A DNA stretch of 64,000 nucleotides from Anolis carolinensis (lineage: Eukaryota). The stretch is from assembly GCF_035594765.1 (NCBI RefSeq), contig NC_085844.1, positions 188,682,107 through 188,746,106 on the forward strand, in the 5' to 3' direction. This document shows positions 38,245-51,348 of this stretch, in pieces. The notes below the pieces were generated by a model, which worked only from the letters and a program-made list of their open reading frames with translations, did no database searches and was not told the DNA's origin. The position numbers and the translations under genes were made by a program. Numbering within the stretch: position 1 is the stretch's first letter; the number at the start of each line of letters is the position of its first letter.

Positions 38245-41200
38245 CTATTCTTTCTTGTTGCCCCACGTGGCATTTCTCAAGAAGACAGGAGTTCTCAGGA
38301 AACGGCCCGATTTCATGTAGGCAGAAATCTTTTCCAGTGCCTGCAGAGAAAGCCAGAAGGATCCTTCTGAAACATTTGTGATTGTTACATGTTTCAACAG
38401 CTTGATCCAGAATCCCAGAGAATAACTATAAATGCCTGCTTAATTTCTAGCATGATTTTGATAATGAAGGGGAAAACACTTGATGTGTACATGAATCAGC
38501 CAAGAAAGGGGTTTGGAGAAGTTCAGGAAACTCAGTTGGGAAGAACACGGTTAGCCAGAGGTTACCATAAAGTACTTTGCATATAAGGGAGTTTTTGTTG
38601 GTATGTTCAAGTTATTTCAGACCTAGGGTAATTTGAAGGCAAACTCTTATGACAGGGTTTCTTGGCAGAATTTGTTCAGAAGAGGTTTGCAGGATGGGGC
38701 AGGAGGCAACTTTATACTGCGCACACTTTTCAAAATATCTGCCTCGGGTTTCCATACATATTGCTGGGGTTTACATGGCTTAAATGCATGCATATGTTCA
38801 AAACTATAATACTCCTGGAAAAAATCAGGCATGGACTAAATGTTCCACACTGAAGCTAAGACCTCTCCTCTTCCCACAGTAGTGTTTTGGCTTGTATTGA
38901 ACCAGATTACCGTTACCTTAGGACTTCATATTGATGAATAAACCAGGAAAATAGGCCAGAATTAGGAAACCAGGAAGGGGCATTTCCAGCATCATAAACC
39001 ATGGTTGGTATCCCATTCCTTTTTTCATGGAGTATATATCATCTACTTTCTAAAAGTATATCACAGTTCAGATTATTGTTTATAGATGCACAGCCTGCTG
39101 CCCCAGAAGCACACTAAATGAAAATCAGCCAATATGGGAGTTATAGTCCACAGCATCAGTAGGACACCAGGTTGTCTAACCCTGGCACTAAATTCCATCT
39201 GATACTAATACTAAAATAACCCTTCACTTTGGGATTTCAAACATAAGCCACAGTAAATTTCACCTCAAAGCGGCCCAGGAAATCCTTTAAATTTTTGAAC
39301 TGATCCAAGCATTTTGGTTGGAACATCAGATGCCGATCCAAAACATCATATGCAATGAAATCTACATAGCTGATCTAAGAAAGAAAAGACATTGTGAAGT
39401 GAAACACAGAACTGACATAATTCATGTCATTTGTATGAATCATAGCTAACATATGTACCTTATTTCCTGTAAACCATGTTCTATCCCCCAGAAACTGGGA
39501 AAACAGTTTCAGCTTGTCCGGTAGCTGCTCAATAAACTCGGGCTTCAATTTTTCCTGCGAAGAGAGGATGTTGTATCAGACCTAATTTCAAGAAACCTCT
39601 TAGGAAATCTCCAGATGTCTCATATTCCTAGGTCTCTTTATCTCTTTCCTCCTGAGCCCCTCGCCACTTCTGTTAACCTCCTTTGTGCAGTAGAAAGACT
39701 CCCTATCCCTATCTGGCCATCTACATCTTCATGATCTTTATCCTCACATACAAGAGTGAATAATCCCTGCAATGTTCTCCCTGGTGAATGAGAACATGAA
39801 GATTTCTGTGTACTTCCCATACAGCTCTTTTGTCCTCTTCTAATCCTGGGAGTCCATAAAGAAATATTTGGCAAGTCCTACATAACTGGTGCCTTCTGTT
39901 TCTATATTTTTCCTCCCACATATTGTCAAATCATCTGCTGAATTCCCAGTCTAATCCAATTCGGAAAGAGAACACAAAACTCACAAAATCTGGGCTGTAG
40001 CACATTCTTGCAAAGTGCATTCGGAAATCCATGAACTGGTTCTCAAGTATATCAATTCGGATCTTTTCTTCTTCCGTCTCACCACCTGTAAGTAACACAA
40101 AACAGAGACTGTCAAAATGATCCCAATCCCCATCACAGATTTGGCCTCACAGTACCTGCGGGTTTTAAAATAGCATACAATCATTGGCCTCATAAACACT
40201 CACACATTTTGTGCTTGCGTGCAATGTATCGCAGAATGGCATTGCTCTGTGTAAGTTTTCTCTCACCATCAAACAAATATGGAAGCTGCAGAAAGAGAAG
40301 ACAATTGGTGATACTGGTGAGATTATGCAGTGACTGGCACGCTCAGTCATCCTCAAAAGATAAGGTACAGTGTATTTGGATTAATCAGTACAAAAAAAGC
40401 AATCTGGAGATTTGGGGGCATAATCATCCTGAAGAAAGAGTGCTACTAGGTGGTTGTTTATGGCCTTAAGAGCGCAATTTTGCCGTAGAATTTGCAAGTA
40501 GTCATAAAAATCTCTAATTGCTTCAAAATGAATATTAAGCAAGCACTAGAGACTCCAACAGTTATCTCAATGGATCATCATGTGTTTTGGACTGGAACTT
40601 CCATAATCTCCTATTATTGTTCACGATAGTTTGGGATTTCTGGAAACTGAAATCCAAAACATCTGGAGAGCAAAACATTATCCATTACTGCTGTGTTGGA
40701 AAGAGTAACACTGCTGTGTTGGAAAGAGAAGGAGCAACAGCTATTTTACAAATACAGTAGAGTCTCACTTATCCAACATAAATGGGCTGGCAGAACGTTG
40801 GATAAGCAAAAATGTTGGATAATAAGGAGGGATTAAGGAAAAACCTATCAAATGTCAAATTATGATACGATTTTACAAATTATGCACCAAAACATTATAT
40901 TTTACAACAAACGACAGAAAAAGCAGTTCAATAAATGGTAACGTTATGTAGTAATTAGTGTTTTTACAAATTTAGCACCAAAACATTGCAATGTATTGAA
41001 AACATTGACCACAAAAACATTGGCTACTAACAAATTGACTACAAATAAAAACAGAATTGCATAAAATGAAATTACAGTAACAACATTGTCGGAAGTTAAA
41101 TCCATAAAAAGTTCAGTCCTTGCTGCCTAGAGAAACAGCTGTGGATCCGGGCAGGAAGCAGACTGTGTTGGATAATCCAGAACATTGGATAAGTGAAGGT

Positions 41201-41454
41201 TGGATAAGCGAGACTTTATTGTATTTATTGTCTAGTCTTGTCTTCAAACATAGCATAATTTTAGTCGATTTTAAAAGTTTTTAAGAATGTAATATGTTGT
41301 AAATGTGTGAATGTATTATGTCATGTTTATTTAAGTGGCTATTTTTATATTTTTTACTGAATTTGCTTTTGACTTGTTATATGTTACTCTTGGCATTGAA
41401 CGTTTGCCATTGTGTTTTATCCCTCTGGGGAGATAGGGTTGGCTGTAAATAAAG

Positions 41455-41493
<39 letters not shown>

Positions 41494-44400
41494 TATTGTA
41501 GCTTTCTTTTTTCACAGAACATATACAAGATTACAAATTCCTGTATGGCAGGGGTGGGAATGGATGGCCAGTCAAAACTTGATACATTTTAGCTAGCACA
41601 TTGGGAGGCTGTGACTATTTAGTAGTCTTGTTGTTGTAAGGTCATGTCTAGATATTCTTTGCCTCACTCTTCTTTTTCTCTTGCAAGCAAGAAACCAGAA
41701 ATTAATTAGAACAGCCAGGTTTTCTTTGACCCTGTGATTAAGATTATACTCTACCCAGCCCTAGTTTTCAACTGTGCTGCAATTTCTACTTAAAGCAGTC
41801 CACAATTTGGCACTGTGAATGTGGGCAAGAGTCTCTTTCTGAGATCACCGGAGGACACTTTTCAAAGTTAGTAGAAAACTAATTTCACTTCCACGCCAAC
41901 GCTCAGCATTGGCTTGTAATGCCATAATTGCTACATACATTTGGGAAGTCCAAGCCCAGTTTCTCCTTCACACTAGTCCATTGACTAGTGTCAAAATCAG
42001 GAGCTGTAAATAGAGAAACAAACAGTAAATACCAAATCCTTGTCTGTACTTTTCAAGAGTTATTTTCTGCATTGTATCTATAATATACAAGTTCAGCAAT
42101 GACTGAGGTTCTGCCAAGCAATAATGGCTTGCAGCAGTAGAATTTAGTTTCCAACAAGTAGTCCCTCATGCTGAAAACCTACTTGGAAACTAGCCCTGTT
42201 GAACATTGTGGGACTTACTCCCAATAAATATAAATAATATTATGCAATACACTTCAACAATATAGTAATATACAATTCTAATATTGTGCTATGCTAATAA
42301 TATAATATATTGTATGTACATATAACATTGATCATAATATTGTAATACAATATAATACTAATAATACAATATTGCAGTATAGTGGTATAGTATACTATAG
42401 TAATGTATAATGTTAACATTGTGCTATGCTAATAATATAATATATTTTATGTACATATAATTTGTAAGCCACTCTGAGTCCCCTTTGAGGTGAGAAGGGC
42501 GAGATATAAATGTCGCAAATAAATAAATAAACATTTCAGATGAAAACTGAAGCAACATACAATTCATATCTGTCACCATAATACCTAAATATTTCATCTT
42601 GTTGTCATTTTTAAACCAGATTTATCCATCAATCAGAGCCCCCGATGGTGAAGTGGGTTAAACCCTTATGCCAGCAGGACTGTTGACTTGAAGGTTGGGT
42701 TGCTAACCTGAAGGTTGCCGGTTTGAATTCAACTTGGGGAGAGCGCGGATGAGCTCTCTCTGTCAGCTCCAGCTCTCCATGCAGGGGGACATGAGAGAAG
42801 CTTCCCACAAGGATGGTAAAAACATCAAAAACAGTTCCCTGAGGAATGTCCTTGCAGACAGCCAATTCTCTCACACCAGAAGCGACTTGCAGTTTCTCAA
42901 GTCACTCCTGACATGAAAAAAAAAATCAATCAACTGTATATGTTCATCTTTTTGTCAATGCCATCATCTTTTGCTACTTAATCTCAAACCTTGCCAACTC
43001 TCCAAATCTTTCCAGTTTCTCCAATAATGGATCTATTCTTTCTATTCAAAACTTCATGAGTCAAAATAAATAAGAATTGAGACAATCAACAACCTCGTCT
43101 TGTTTCTTTCTGTATTTCACATGGTTTTGTTAGTTTATCATTAACCAAGGTTTGTGCATTCTGTGAATTATAAATCACCTTAATCCATTTAGTAAAATTA
43201 TTACCAAAGTTCATATCTTCCAAAAAGACCCAGGGGACAGGGAATGGGACAGGACTTGCCCTCCATATTCCTGGAGGTCTTGCTTCTTGTAGGAAAGTAG
43301 ACACAAAAGGAATTGTTCTCTGGCTTTTAACTATGTGAATGTAGAGCCCTTTTTTACAGAACACAATATCTAAAACAGAGATGGTTTATTTCTTGTTGGT
43401 GAACTGCAACTCCCATTAGCCCTAGCAAGCACAATCAGGGAGCGCGGAAGCAAAAGGCTTGAGTACATAAAGAAAAGAAAGATACAGAGGCAAGAATAAG
43501 TGACACGTATTATATAAACTTCCCTCTCTGACAAATTACTCTATATGAGCATCAGTTCCTCTTTGCTGCCCATATTCTAATTTTTTACCTTCTCCAAAAT
43601 GATATTGTTTGTCTTCATATGGTGTTTCAGTGTATTCTAAAAGTAACCTGATTGCATGGGCAAGCTGCAAAAAATCAAAGGGAGAGAATTAGTGGAAAGA
43701 TAAGACACATGTTGCCTCTAACAGGAGAAAAAGCATACTTTTAAGAAGTTGCTCAGGAATACGAGTGACAGTGCTGGGGTTGCTAGTATGACTTCCCTTC
43801 ATATATTTAATTATAGCCCTCATTGTGTCTCCTCTCCATCCTCTCTTTTGCAGACTAAACATGCCCAGCTCTTTCAGCCACTCCTCATAGGGCTTATTCT
43901 GCAGACCCGTGATCATTTTAGTCGCCCCCTTCTGGACACCTTCCAGCTTGTCAACGTCTCCTTATAAATTGCAGTGCCCAGAATTGGACACAGTGTGATT
44001 CCAGGTGTGGTCTGACCAAAGCAGAATAGAGGGGTAGCATGACTTCCCTGGATCTAGACACTAGACTCCTATTGATGCAGGCCAGAATCCCACTGGCTTT
44101 TTTAGCTGCCACATCACATTGTTAGCTCATGTTTAACTTGTTGTCCAGGAGGACTCCAAGGTCTTTTTCACACGTACTGCTGTCGAGCCAGGTGTCCCTC
44201 ATTCTGTATCTGTGCATTTCATTTTTTTCTAAGTGAAGTATCTTGCATATGTCTCTATTGAACTTCATTTTGTAAGTGCTGGCCCATCTCTCTAATCTGT
44301 TAAAATCGTTTTGGATTCTGCTCCTGTCTTCTGGGATATTGGCTGTCCCTCTCAATTTGGTGTCGTCTGCAAACTTGATCATGCCTTCTAACCTTTCCTC

Positions 44401-44515
44401 TAAATCATTAATCTATTGGATTTTGTGGGAACAGAATATGGGAATAGACAGGCCTTTGATCTAAGGGATACTGACTTACCCCACGGATGTCCCAGTAGCC
44501 CAGCGTGAGGCTCAT
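38245..44515 (-). CDS. GSTM: Glutathione S-transferase Mu (GSTM-C), complete, 220 aa
   Basis: Exons 44480-44515 ([12 protein letters not shown]), 43589-43664, 41939-42003, 40204-40285, 39985-40085, 39459-39554, 39264-39374, 38245-38340. All GT-AG, open frame ending ..[16 protein letters not shown]. Confidence 0.95.
40755..41221. mobile_element. Tigger/Tc1-like MITE
   Basis: Same TIR family as 26539-26861, TA flanks. Confidence 0.8.
42636..42924 (+). mobile_element. tRNA-derived SINE with Vingi-like 3' end
   Basis: gagccccc head, 3' hairpin ending ctcctgacatga(A)n as in the Vingi tail, 8-bp TSD atcaatca (42628-42635/42925-42932). Confidence 0.75.
42940..43225 (-). mobile_element. Old L1/Tx1-clade RT fragment (homologous copy at ~52440-53022)
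   Basis: [13 protein letters not shown]...[14 protein letters not shown] resembles the L1 RT GTRQGCPLSPLLF region. Confidence 0.65.
43787..44408 (-). mobile_element. CR1 LINE internal fragment in GSTM-C intron 1
   Basis: [11 protein letters not shown] motif, [25 protein letters not shown]. Confidence 0.9.
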
Positions 44516-44760
44516 CTTCCCCGCGTGGCGCCCCTCGGCTGCTGCTAGTCCTGGGCTCTGGGGCAGAAAAAGGAACGCCCCGGGAAGCCGGGGGAGGGGG
44601 GGAGGGGGAGGGGGGTAAGGCCGGCCTTGAGCGGGGTCTCCAACCCTCCTCCCCCCCCGGTCCTTCTGTCTCCGCCCCTGACGCCCCTCCCCTTCCCGCC
44701 TTGGAGAGACTGGGCAGCCGCTCTCAACTCGGGAGCCAGAGCACACGCTCCCGTGGGAAA
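44516..44760 (-). promoter_or_regulatory. CpG-rich promoter/5'UTR of GSTM-C
   Basis: Very GC/CpG-rich, GC box ccgcccc ~44672-44678, G-runs 44590-44615. Confidence 0.55.
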
Positions 44761-45053
44761 GGAGGTCATGGTCAGAACTTCTGCTTCTGAAATGTATCTT
44801 TGGAGAAAGTTTTTGTCCATTATATGATAGCAAAGGCAAACGTCTTCTACATAAAACAGTCTTTTGGGCGCAGGAATATCACAAGGCCATCCTCTCCGAC
44901 ACTGCATTGCTATGATTTTGTGCCTTCGGATCACATCAAAATACCTCTGCAGGAGCCTACCGTATCCCATGCAGCTGTGGACAAGTCTACATAGGGACCA
45001 CCAAAGGCAGCATTGCCCAGATACGAATCAATCAGATTAGGCAGGCCCCCACC

Positions 45054-45307
45054 CAGGGCCAGAGCCAGAAAAAATTCGGTGTGTGTGTGTGTGTGTGTGT
45101 GGAGGCTTTATTTGGCGAATCATGAAGAGTAGTTCCATAACGCAAATTAATTTAGAAATCAGGCTTCCTCGATAAACTGCAGTGGACACTCAAGGGGATT
45201 TGGTTAATCAGTTAAAATTCATGAGTAAACCAGGATTTTTAAAACCTAAAAATGGGGGAGGGGGTGTTTGAACCCCTAACCCCCCCCCCCCCTTGGCTAC
45301 AGCCCTG
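45054..45307. mobile_element. MITE (hAT-like TIR cagggc..agcc)
   Basis: Inverted termini; 3' half also present at 37535-37657. Confidence 0.5.
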
Positions 45308-45569
45308 CGGCCCCTCCTTTTATCCCATTCCCTTGTTCCTTAGCTACAACATGCAACCTCCCTTGCCTTTCTTCTTCTTTACAGTTGGCCATGTTTTTAG
45401 GACAGATTACACTATAGGTTATTGGGTGCTGTCCTGAGTTCAAATTGTTGTTTTATATACTCATGGTTTTATTTTTAATTGTACTGTCTGTTTATTTTAT
45501 GTGTTGTTTAAGGCACCATGTGCCATATGAAAGCAGTGGCTTTCATGTCCATTGATGATGATGATGATG

Positions 45570-46124
45570 ATCAATGGACGTGAAAGCCACTGCAGGCTAA
45601 CTCAATCAGAGAAGTGAGTAATAGTAGAGCACTTGGTGAACCAATCTGGACACAAGCATGTTATTTGAGAACACAGAAATACTGGACCACTCTAACAACT
45701 ACCATGTCAGACTACATAGAGAAGCCACTGAAATCCACAAGCATGTGGACAATTTCAACAGAAAGGAGGAAACCTTGAAACTGAACAAAATCTGGCTACC
45801 AGTATTAAAATAAACTCTAAAATCAGGACAGTAAACAAACACTCTGAAAACAGGAATTCCAGGCACAAAGCAATCAGGGCCTGCTAACACCTCCCAACAA
45901 AGGATCTCACCAGGCAGGAATCAGCCAGGCCTTGAAGCTGCAAGGCTTTTCAACAGACAAGAGTTTTTTCTCCCATGCTGGACCTTCCACAGATATATAA
46001 ATCTCCCTTTCCTAGTTTCCAATATACCTTACAACTTCTGAGGATGTCTGCCATAGATGTGGGTAAAACGTAAGGAGGGAATGTTTCTGGAACATGGCCA
46101 TACAGCCCGGAAAACTCGCAGCAG
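45570..46124 (+). mobile_element. Penelope-like element 3' part (GIY-YIG C-terminus plus terminal repeat)
   Basis: ENTEILDHSNNYHVRLHREATEIHKHVDNFNRKEE; terminal repeat with degenerate hammerhead motif at 46038-46073. Confidence 0.8.
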
Positions 46125-46509
46125 TGACAACAGGAGGTGAGAAAAATCTACTCCTCCAAAGAGAAACACACTCCTGGAAAAGTTATTCTCATGGGGAAAA
46201 GGTGCCTCCACTGAAATTTTCTCATCAATTATTGTTTCTACAAGCCAAAATTTTAAAAATCCAATTATCACAGGAACAGGAAGTGAGGTGAAATCTTCTG
46301 AACAGAGGCAAAGCCAGCAAAACAAACAGCACAGGAATGTTCACCCTTCCCTAGGCTATCCAAAACTAATATAAATATATATTTGGCTGGAGTTACACTT
46401 CAAAATGTACCTGTTCCAACTTGCATAAAAATTCAGCTTGAGAACAAATCTACAGAACCTTTCTTGATCATAACTTGGCTGTTGGGAGTTGTAGTCCATC
46501 AGAATGTGG

Positions 46510-46935
46510 CGGTCATATTATCCCTCGCCTTTATATTAGCAAGGAACTGCTTGCTTAGCTTTGCGAGAAGCAGTTGATCCCAGCTTTAAAGTGGGGGAAA
46601 ATAATGAAAATTATGCAATGAGACTGTGCAGTTGTCAGCCAGAGAACTAAGAAGCTAAGATAACTTTTCAGTTTTCAGCTTTTATTATTTTGGGTGTTCT
46701 GTTACTGTGCCACAAAGTTCTGACGTATGAAGGGAGGGTGAATGATACAAGATTTCTCATGGCTACAATAGAGCAGTGTCTTTATTGGCCAACCAAAATG
46801 CACAAAATATTCCATGCAAGCTTTGAATGCTTCATTGAGTTATTTATCAGAAAATGATACTAAATTCCACTGATCTCATTACTGCAAATGTCAGGCCAGC
46901 AAGATGGCAAGTTCTTTCTTTCTGCTCCACTTGCT
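46510..46935 (-). pseudogene. Relic 3' end (last codons of exon 8, 3'UTR and flank) of a further GSTM copy
   Basis: Aligns along its length with GSTM-E 58785-59226. 46912-46932 reads AAG TGG AGC AGA AAG AAA GAA (KWSRKKE) on the - strand versus KWSNKKE in GSTM-E. Confidence 0.7.
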
Positions 46936-48019
46936 GGCCTTTTTGAATGCCTGGGTGGGAAAATTTGGGTCCCAAAACCTGCTTTTGACTTATACATGAG
47001 GTTGATAAATACATGAGTATATATGGTAACCTCTCACTCTTGTATTAGCAATTAACCTCTAGTTTAGCTTTATTAGAGCATCCCAACTTTATAGTGGGGG
47101 GGGGGGGGGAGCAGAAAAAGATTATCTAAGGGAATTACAGTATGTGATTACAGGCAGAAAACTAAGAAGCCAAACAACCTTTAACTACCAACAGATTTTA
47201 TTATTCATTCCTCGGAATGTATTTCGGATATTGCAGCTACTGTGCAACAATGTTCTGATGCATGAAGGGAGGTCGTGAGATTCAAGGCTCCTCGCTGGCT
47301 CAACATTTGCAAGTGTCAGGACACCAAGATTCCTGTTTTCCTTCTATTTTTTCTTGTTGCCCCACGTGGCATTTCTCAAAAAGATGGGAGTTCTCAAGAA
47401 GCGGTCAGATTTCATGTAGGCAGAAATCTTATCCAAGGCCTGCAAAGGAAGCCAACAGAAAGATCCTTATTAGAGTCAACTTATATGGGTTTTCCTGAAC
47501 ATTAAGAAAAACTCTTTTTGATTGATCTAGGTAACACGTGGCTATGCCCCCCCCCCCCAACCAGGTAATTAGAATCATTCTAGATATTAAGCAGTCAATT
47601 AAAGTTTTTTAAAAATATGGTATTGAAAGTTGAAACATTTGATTCAAAGTGTCCTCCCTTCTTGTCTACCTAATCTGACTTTTCTGTGATATAAGATGAT
47701 CTTCTAAGCAATGCTTCTCCACCTCTTCTTCTTCTCTCTACTTTTAGCATCCTAGAGTAGGGCTACATTACCAATTCTTGGGTAGCATTTATTAGCATTT
47801 ATTATCTTAGGGCTCTTCCACACAGCCATACAGCCCAGAATACCAAGGCAGAAAATCCTACAATATTTGCTTTGAACTGGCTTATCTGACTCCACACTGC
47901 CATATATCCCAGTTCAAAGCAGATAATATGGGATTTTATTCAGCTGTGTGGGGCTTTAGCCTTTCTATAATACAGCTAACTCTTGTGTCCACAGATTCTG
48001 TACTGTGTACTATGATGGA

Positions 48020-48133
48020 AATAATAACAATAATAATAATAAGTGTTCGACTTGTGATTTTGTGATACGAAATCCAGCATATCTATCTTGTTTGCTATGT
48101 CATACAATATAATAATAATAAAATAATAATAAT
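48020..48133 (+). mobile_element. R4/Dong 3' UTR fragment within (TAA)n
   Basis: Reverse complement of 29520-29590. Confidence 0.75.
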
Positions 48134-49028
48134 ATTTCTTTATTTATATCCCATTCCATCTCCCCATGGGGACTCAGGGAAACTAACAAACATAAAAATA
48201 TTCAACCATCCATGTCTTGAACGTATCCCCCACCTCCTTAAAAAAACTTTGATTTTGCCATTTTTATAAGGGAAATTATTTTAGTCTATGGACTTCGGAA
48301 GTCATAGGTGGTCTAGAGTAAATCAGGGAGCCCATAAAGTGAAATCCAAGAACATATAAAAAGCTTGATGTCCTTTAGTTCTCTGTTGCTTAATCTGGAT
48401 CTCTAAGGAGTGCACTCTGTCAATCCAAAATACCTAGAGGACACCAGGTTGCCTAACCTGTCTATAGATCTTGTCCATGAGCAACAAAGCCTTCTGGGAC
48501 CTGGAAGCTTTTGTATATGCAGCCTAATAGAGAGCTCTTCAATTAAAATCTGTAGGTATCCTACATTGGATGTTTAGTTACAAATGCGTAACCCAGGAAC
48601 CTACAAATCTACCTTAATGACCACCAGCAACTTTTGAGTAAAGGAGTTCCATTCATTTTCCAGTCCACAAAGAGGAGTATGTTTCCAGCTGCTTCCCATC
48701 AGTTAGCAAGGCTGGGACAAGGAACTGCAACAGAGATCCTGCTTTGGATTGTTTCAGTCTCACTCACTGGGGCCTGGAAATAGTTATCTGCCTTGCATCC
48801 CAATCAACATCTGAACAGATCTCCTTCATTTTATGTAGCTGCTGGTTGTTAAGGTGGGATTTAATATACAGTGACCTCATAACATTACAGAGCTTACAAT
48901 TGTTGACAACAGTGGAGGGCTTGGGTTATAATTTCAGTATCAACAACAGCAATGTATTATTTTGCTGAGATCTTCTTTTGTGTGATATCTAGCCAAGGTC
49001 TATTATACTCACCCAGAGACTAAAAATA

Positions 49029-49428
49029 CATAGAATCATAGAATCATAGAGCTGGGCATGTTTAGCCTGCAGAAGAGAAGGCTGAGAGGAGACATGATAG
49101 CCACATGTATAAATATGTGAGGGGAAATCATAGGGAGGAGGGGGGAAGCTTGTTTTCTGCTGCCCTGGAGACTAGGATGTAGAACAATGGCTTCAAACTA
49201 CAGAAAAGGAGATTCCACCTGAACATTAGGAAGAACTTCCTCACTATGAGCACTGTTCAGCAGTGGAACTTTCTGCCCTGGAGTGTGGTGGAAGCTCCTT
49301 CTTTGGAGGCTTTTAAGCAGAGGCTGGATGGTCATCTGTCGTGGGTGCTTTGAATGTGATTTTCCTGCTTCTTGGCAGGGGGTTTGACTGGATGGCCCGT
49401 GAGGTCTCTTCCAACTCTATGATTCTAT
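49029..49428 (+). mobile_element. CR1 3' end with an inverted copy of its tail at the 5' junction
   Basis: Matches 31395-31770; 49029-49055 is the reverse complement of the CR1 tail. Confidence 0.85.
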
Positions 49429-51055
49429 CCACTAGTGAGGTCTTGAATATCAACATCTAACAACATGGAGGTGATATCTTCCACACTAAGCTCCCCATAT
49501 GCTACAAATAGTAGCAGGAGATATAGTAACACTGTTTTACCACTTAGTTCTGTTTCTAAGAGTGGTATATCAGAAGTTGTTCTGTATTTGATTTATTTGG
49601 ATAATACTTCTTGGCCTGTGTTGTGAACTGCCTCTTTAAAAAGTTTAAAATACCCCAGTACTGAAGATGTTGTGGAATGCTTTCAACTTGGGATAAAAAC
49701 TGGTCGTGGTGTTTTAGGACCAGTCTTCCCTTCAGTTGACTTCATAAACTTCCCTCTATTTTTAGAGGTTGGAGTGAAAATGATAATTTCTCAAACTCTG
49801 CTCCTCCAGGTGTTTTGGACTTCAGCTCCTAGAAATCCCAGTCAGCTTACCAGCTGTTAGGAATTATGGGAGCTGAAATCCAAAACACCTGGAGGAGCAG
49901 AGTTTGAGAAACAGTGTGGTAAAACCTGGTTTGTCAACACTGTGACATCAAGAGATATGGCAGACAGTTAAAAAAAATGGGAATGTTTGTTGGAATGAGG
50001 TTCCGTTGTCACTAATTTCACTAAATTCCCTTTGAAACTAATATTAAAACAACCCTTCAGTTTGGAATTTCAAATGTAAGTGCAGTAAATTCACCTCAAA
50101 GCGATCCATGAAATCCTTTAGATTTTTGAACTGATCCAAGCATTTGGGCTGAAATATCCGATGCACATCAAAAATATCATATGCAAGGAAATCTACATAG
50201 GTGATCTAAGAAAAAAAAATTGAAAAAGGAAGACATTGTGAACTGAACCCCAGACTTGAGAAAAATCTTGGTCTTTGTATGACGTATTATGCAGCACGTG
50301 TACCTTATTTCCTGCAAACCAATTTCTGTCCCCTAGAAACTGGGAGAACAGCTTCAGCTTCCCAGGTAGCTGCTCAATAAGCTCAGGTTTCAATTTTTCC
50401 TGCAAAAAGAGAACCCTAAGTATCATAACACAAGCTTAATTTCAACTTTCCTCTTATAAAATCTTATGATACCTCCCACCCCAAGGTCGCTTTTTCCACA
50501 ATCCTCTCCCCTAGCCTTTTTGCTTCTCCCAATCCCAGGAATGAAGAAGAAAAAAATGGTAAGTCTTATAGAACTAGTGTCCTCCAACACACTAATTGAA
50601 GACTTAGTCTCCCATTTATTGTCAAATCACCTTCTGAATTCCCAGCCTCATGCAATTAGGAAGGAGAACACAAGACATAAAACTCACAAAATCTGGGTTG
50701 TAGGATATTCTTCCCAAGGTTACCCGGAAATCCCAAACCTGGTTCTCAAGTATATCCATCAGAATTATTTCTTCTTCAGTCCCCCCACCTATAGCACAAG
50801 ACCAATTTGGGTTTGCATTACTTTAAGAGTTTTAAGCCAGCATCCAAACAAATACTGGCCTCATAAACACTCACACATCTTGTGCTTGCGTGCAAGGTAT
50901 CGCAAGATGGCATTGCTCTGTGTAAGCTTTCTCTCACCATCAATCAAATATGGAAGTTGTGGGAAAAAACGATTAACAATACTGATGAGATTCTTCAGTG
51001 ATTTTTACACTTGGTCATCTTCAAAAGACAACGTACAATGTTAGGCTAATTAGTA

Positions 51056-51348
51056 GGCAAAGGTTTCCCCTTGACATTAAGTCTAGTCGGGTTCAACTCT
51101 GGCGGGTGGTGCTCATCTCCATTTCTAAGCCAAAGAGTCAGCGTTGTCTGTAGACAACTCCAAGGTCATGTGGCTGGCATGACTACATGGAGTGTCGTTA
51201 CCTTCCTACCTTTGCATGTTTTCGAATTGCTAGGTTGGCAGAAGTTGGGGCCATCAACGGGAGCTCATCCCGTCATGCAGAACTTACTGACCCTTCCGGT
51301 CAGTAAGTTCTGCAGCTTAGTGGTTTAACCCACTGTACCACCGTGGCC
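51056..51348 (-). mobile_element. Sauria SINE in GSTM-D intron 3
   Basis: TSD ttaggctaat(t/c)agta at 51041-51055/51349-51363. Confidence 0.85.

Noticed and set aside
50466-51044. 192-aa + strand ORF (similar ones at 40209 and 63383)
   Set aside because: Antisense shadows of GSTM exons 4-5
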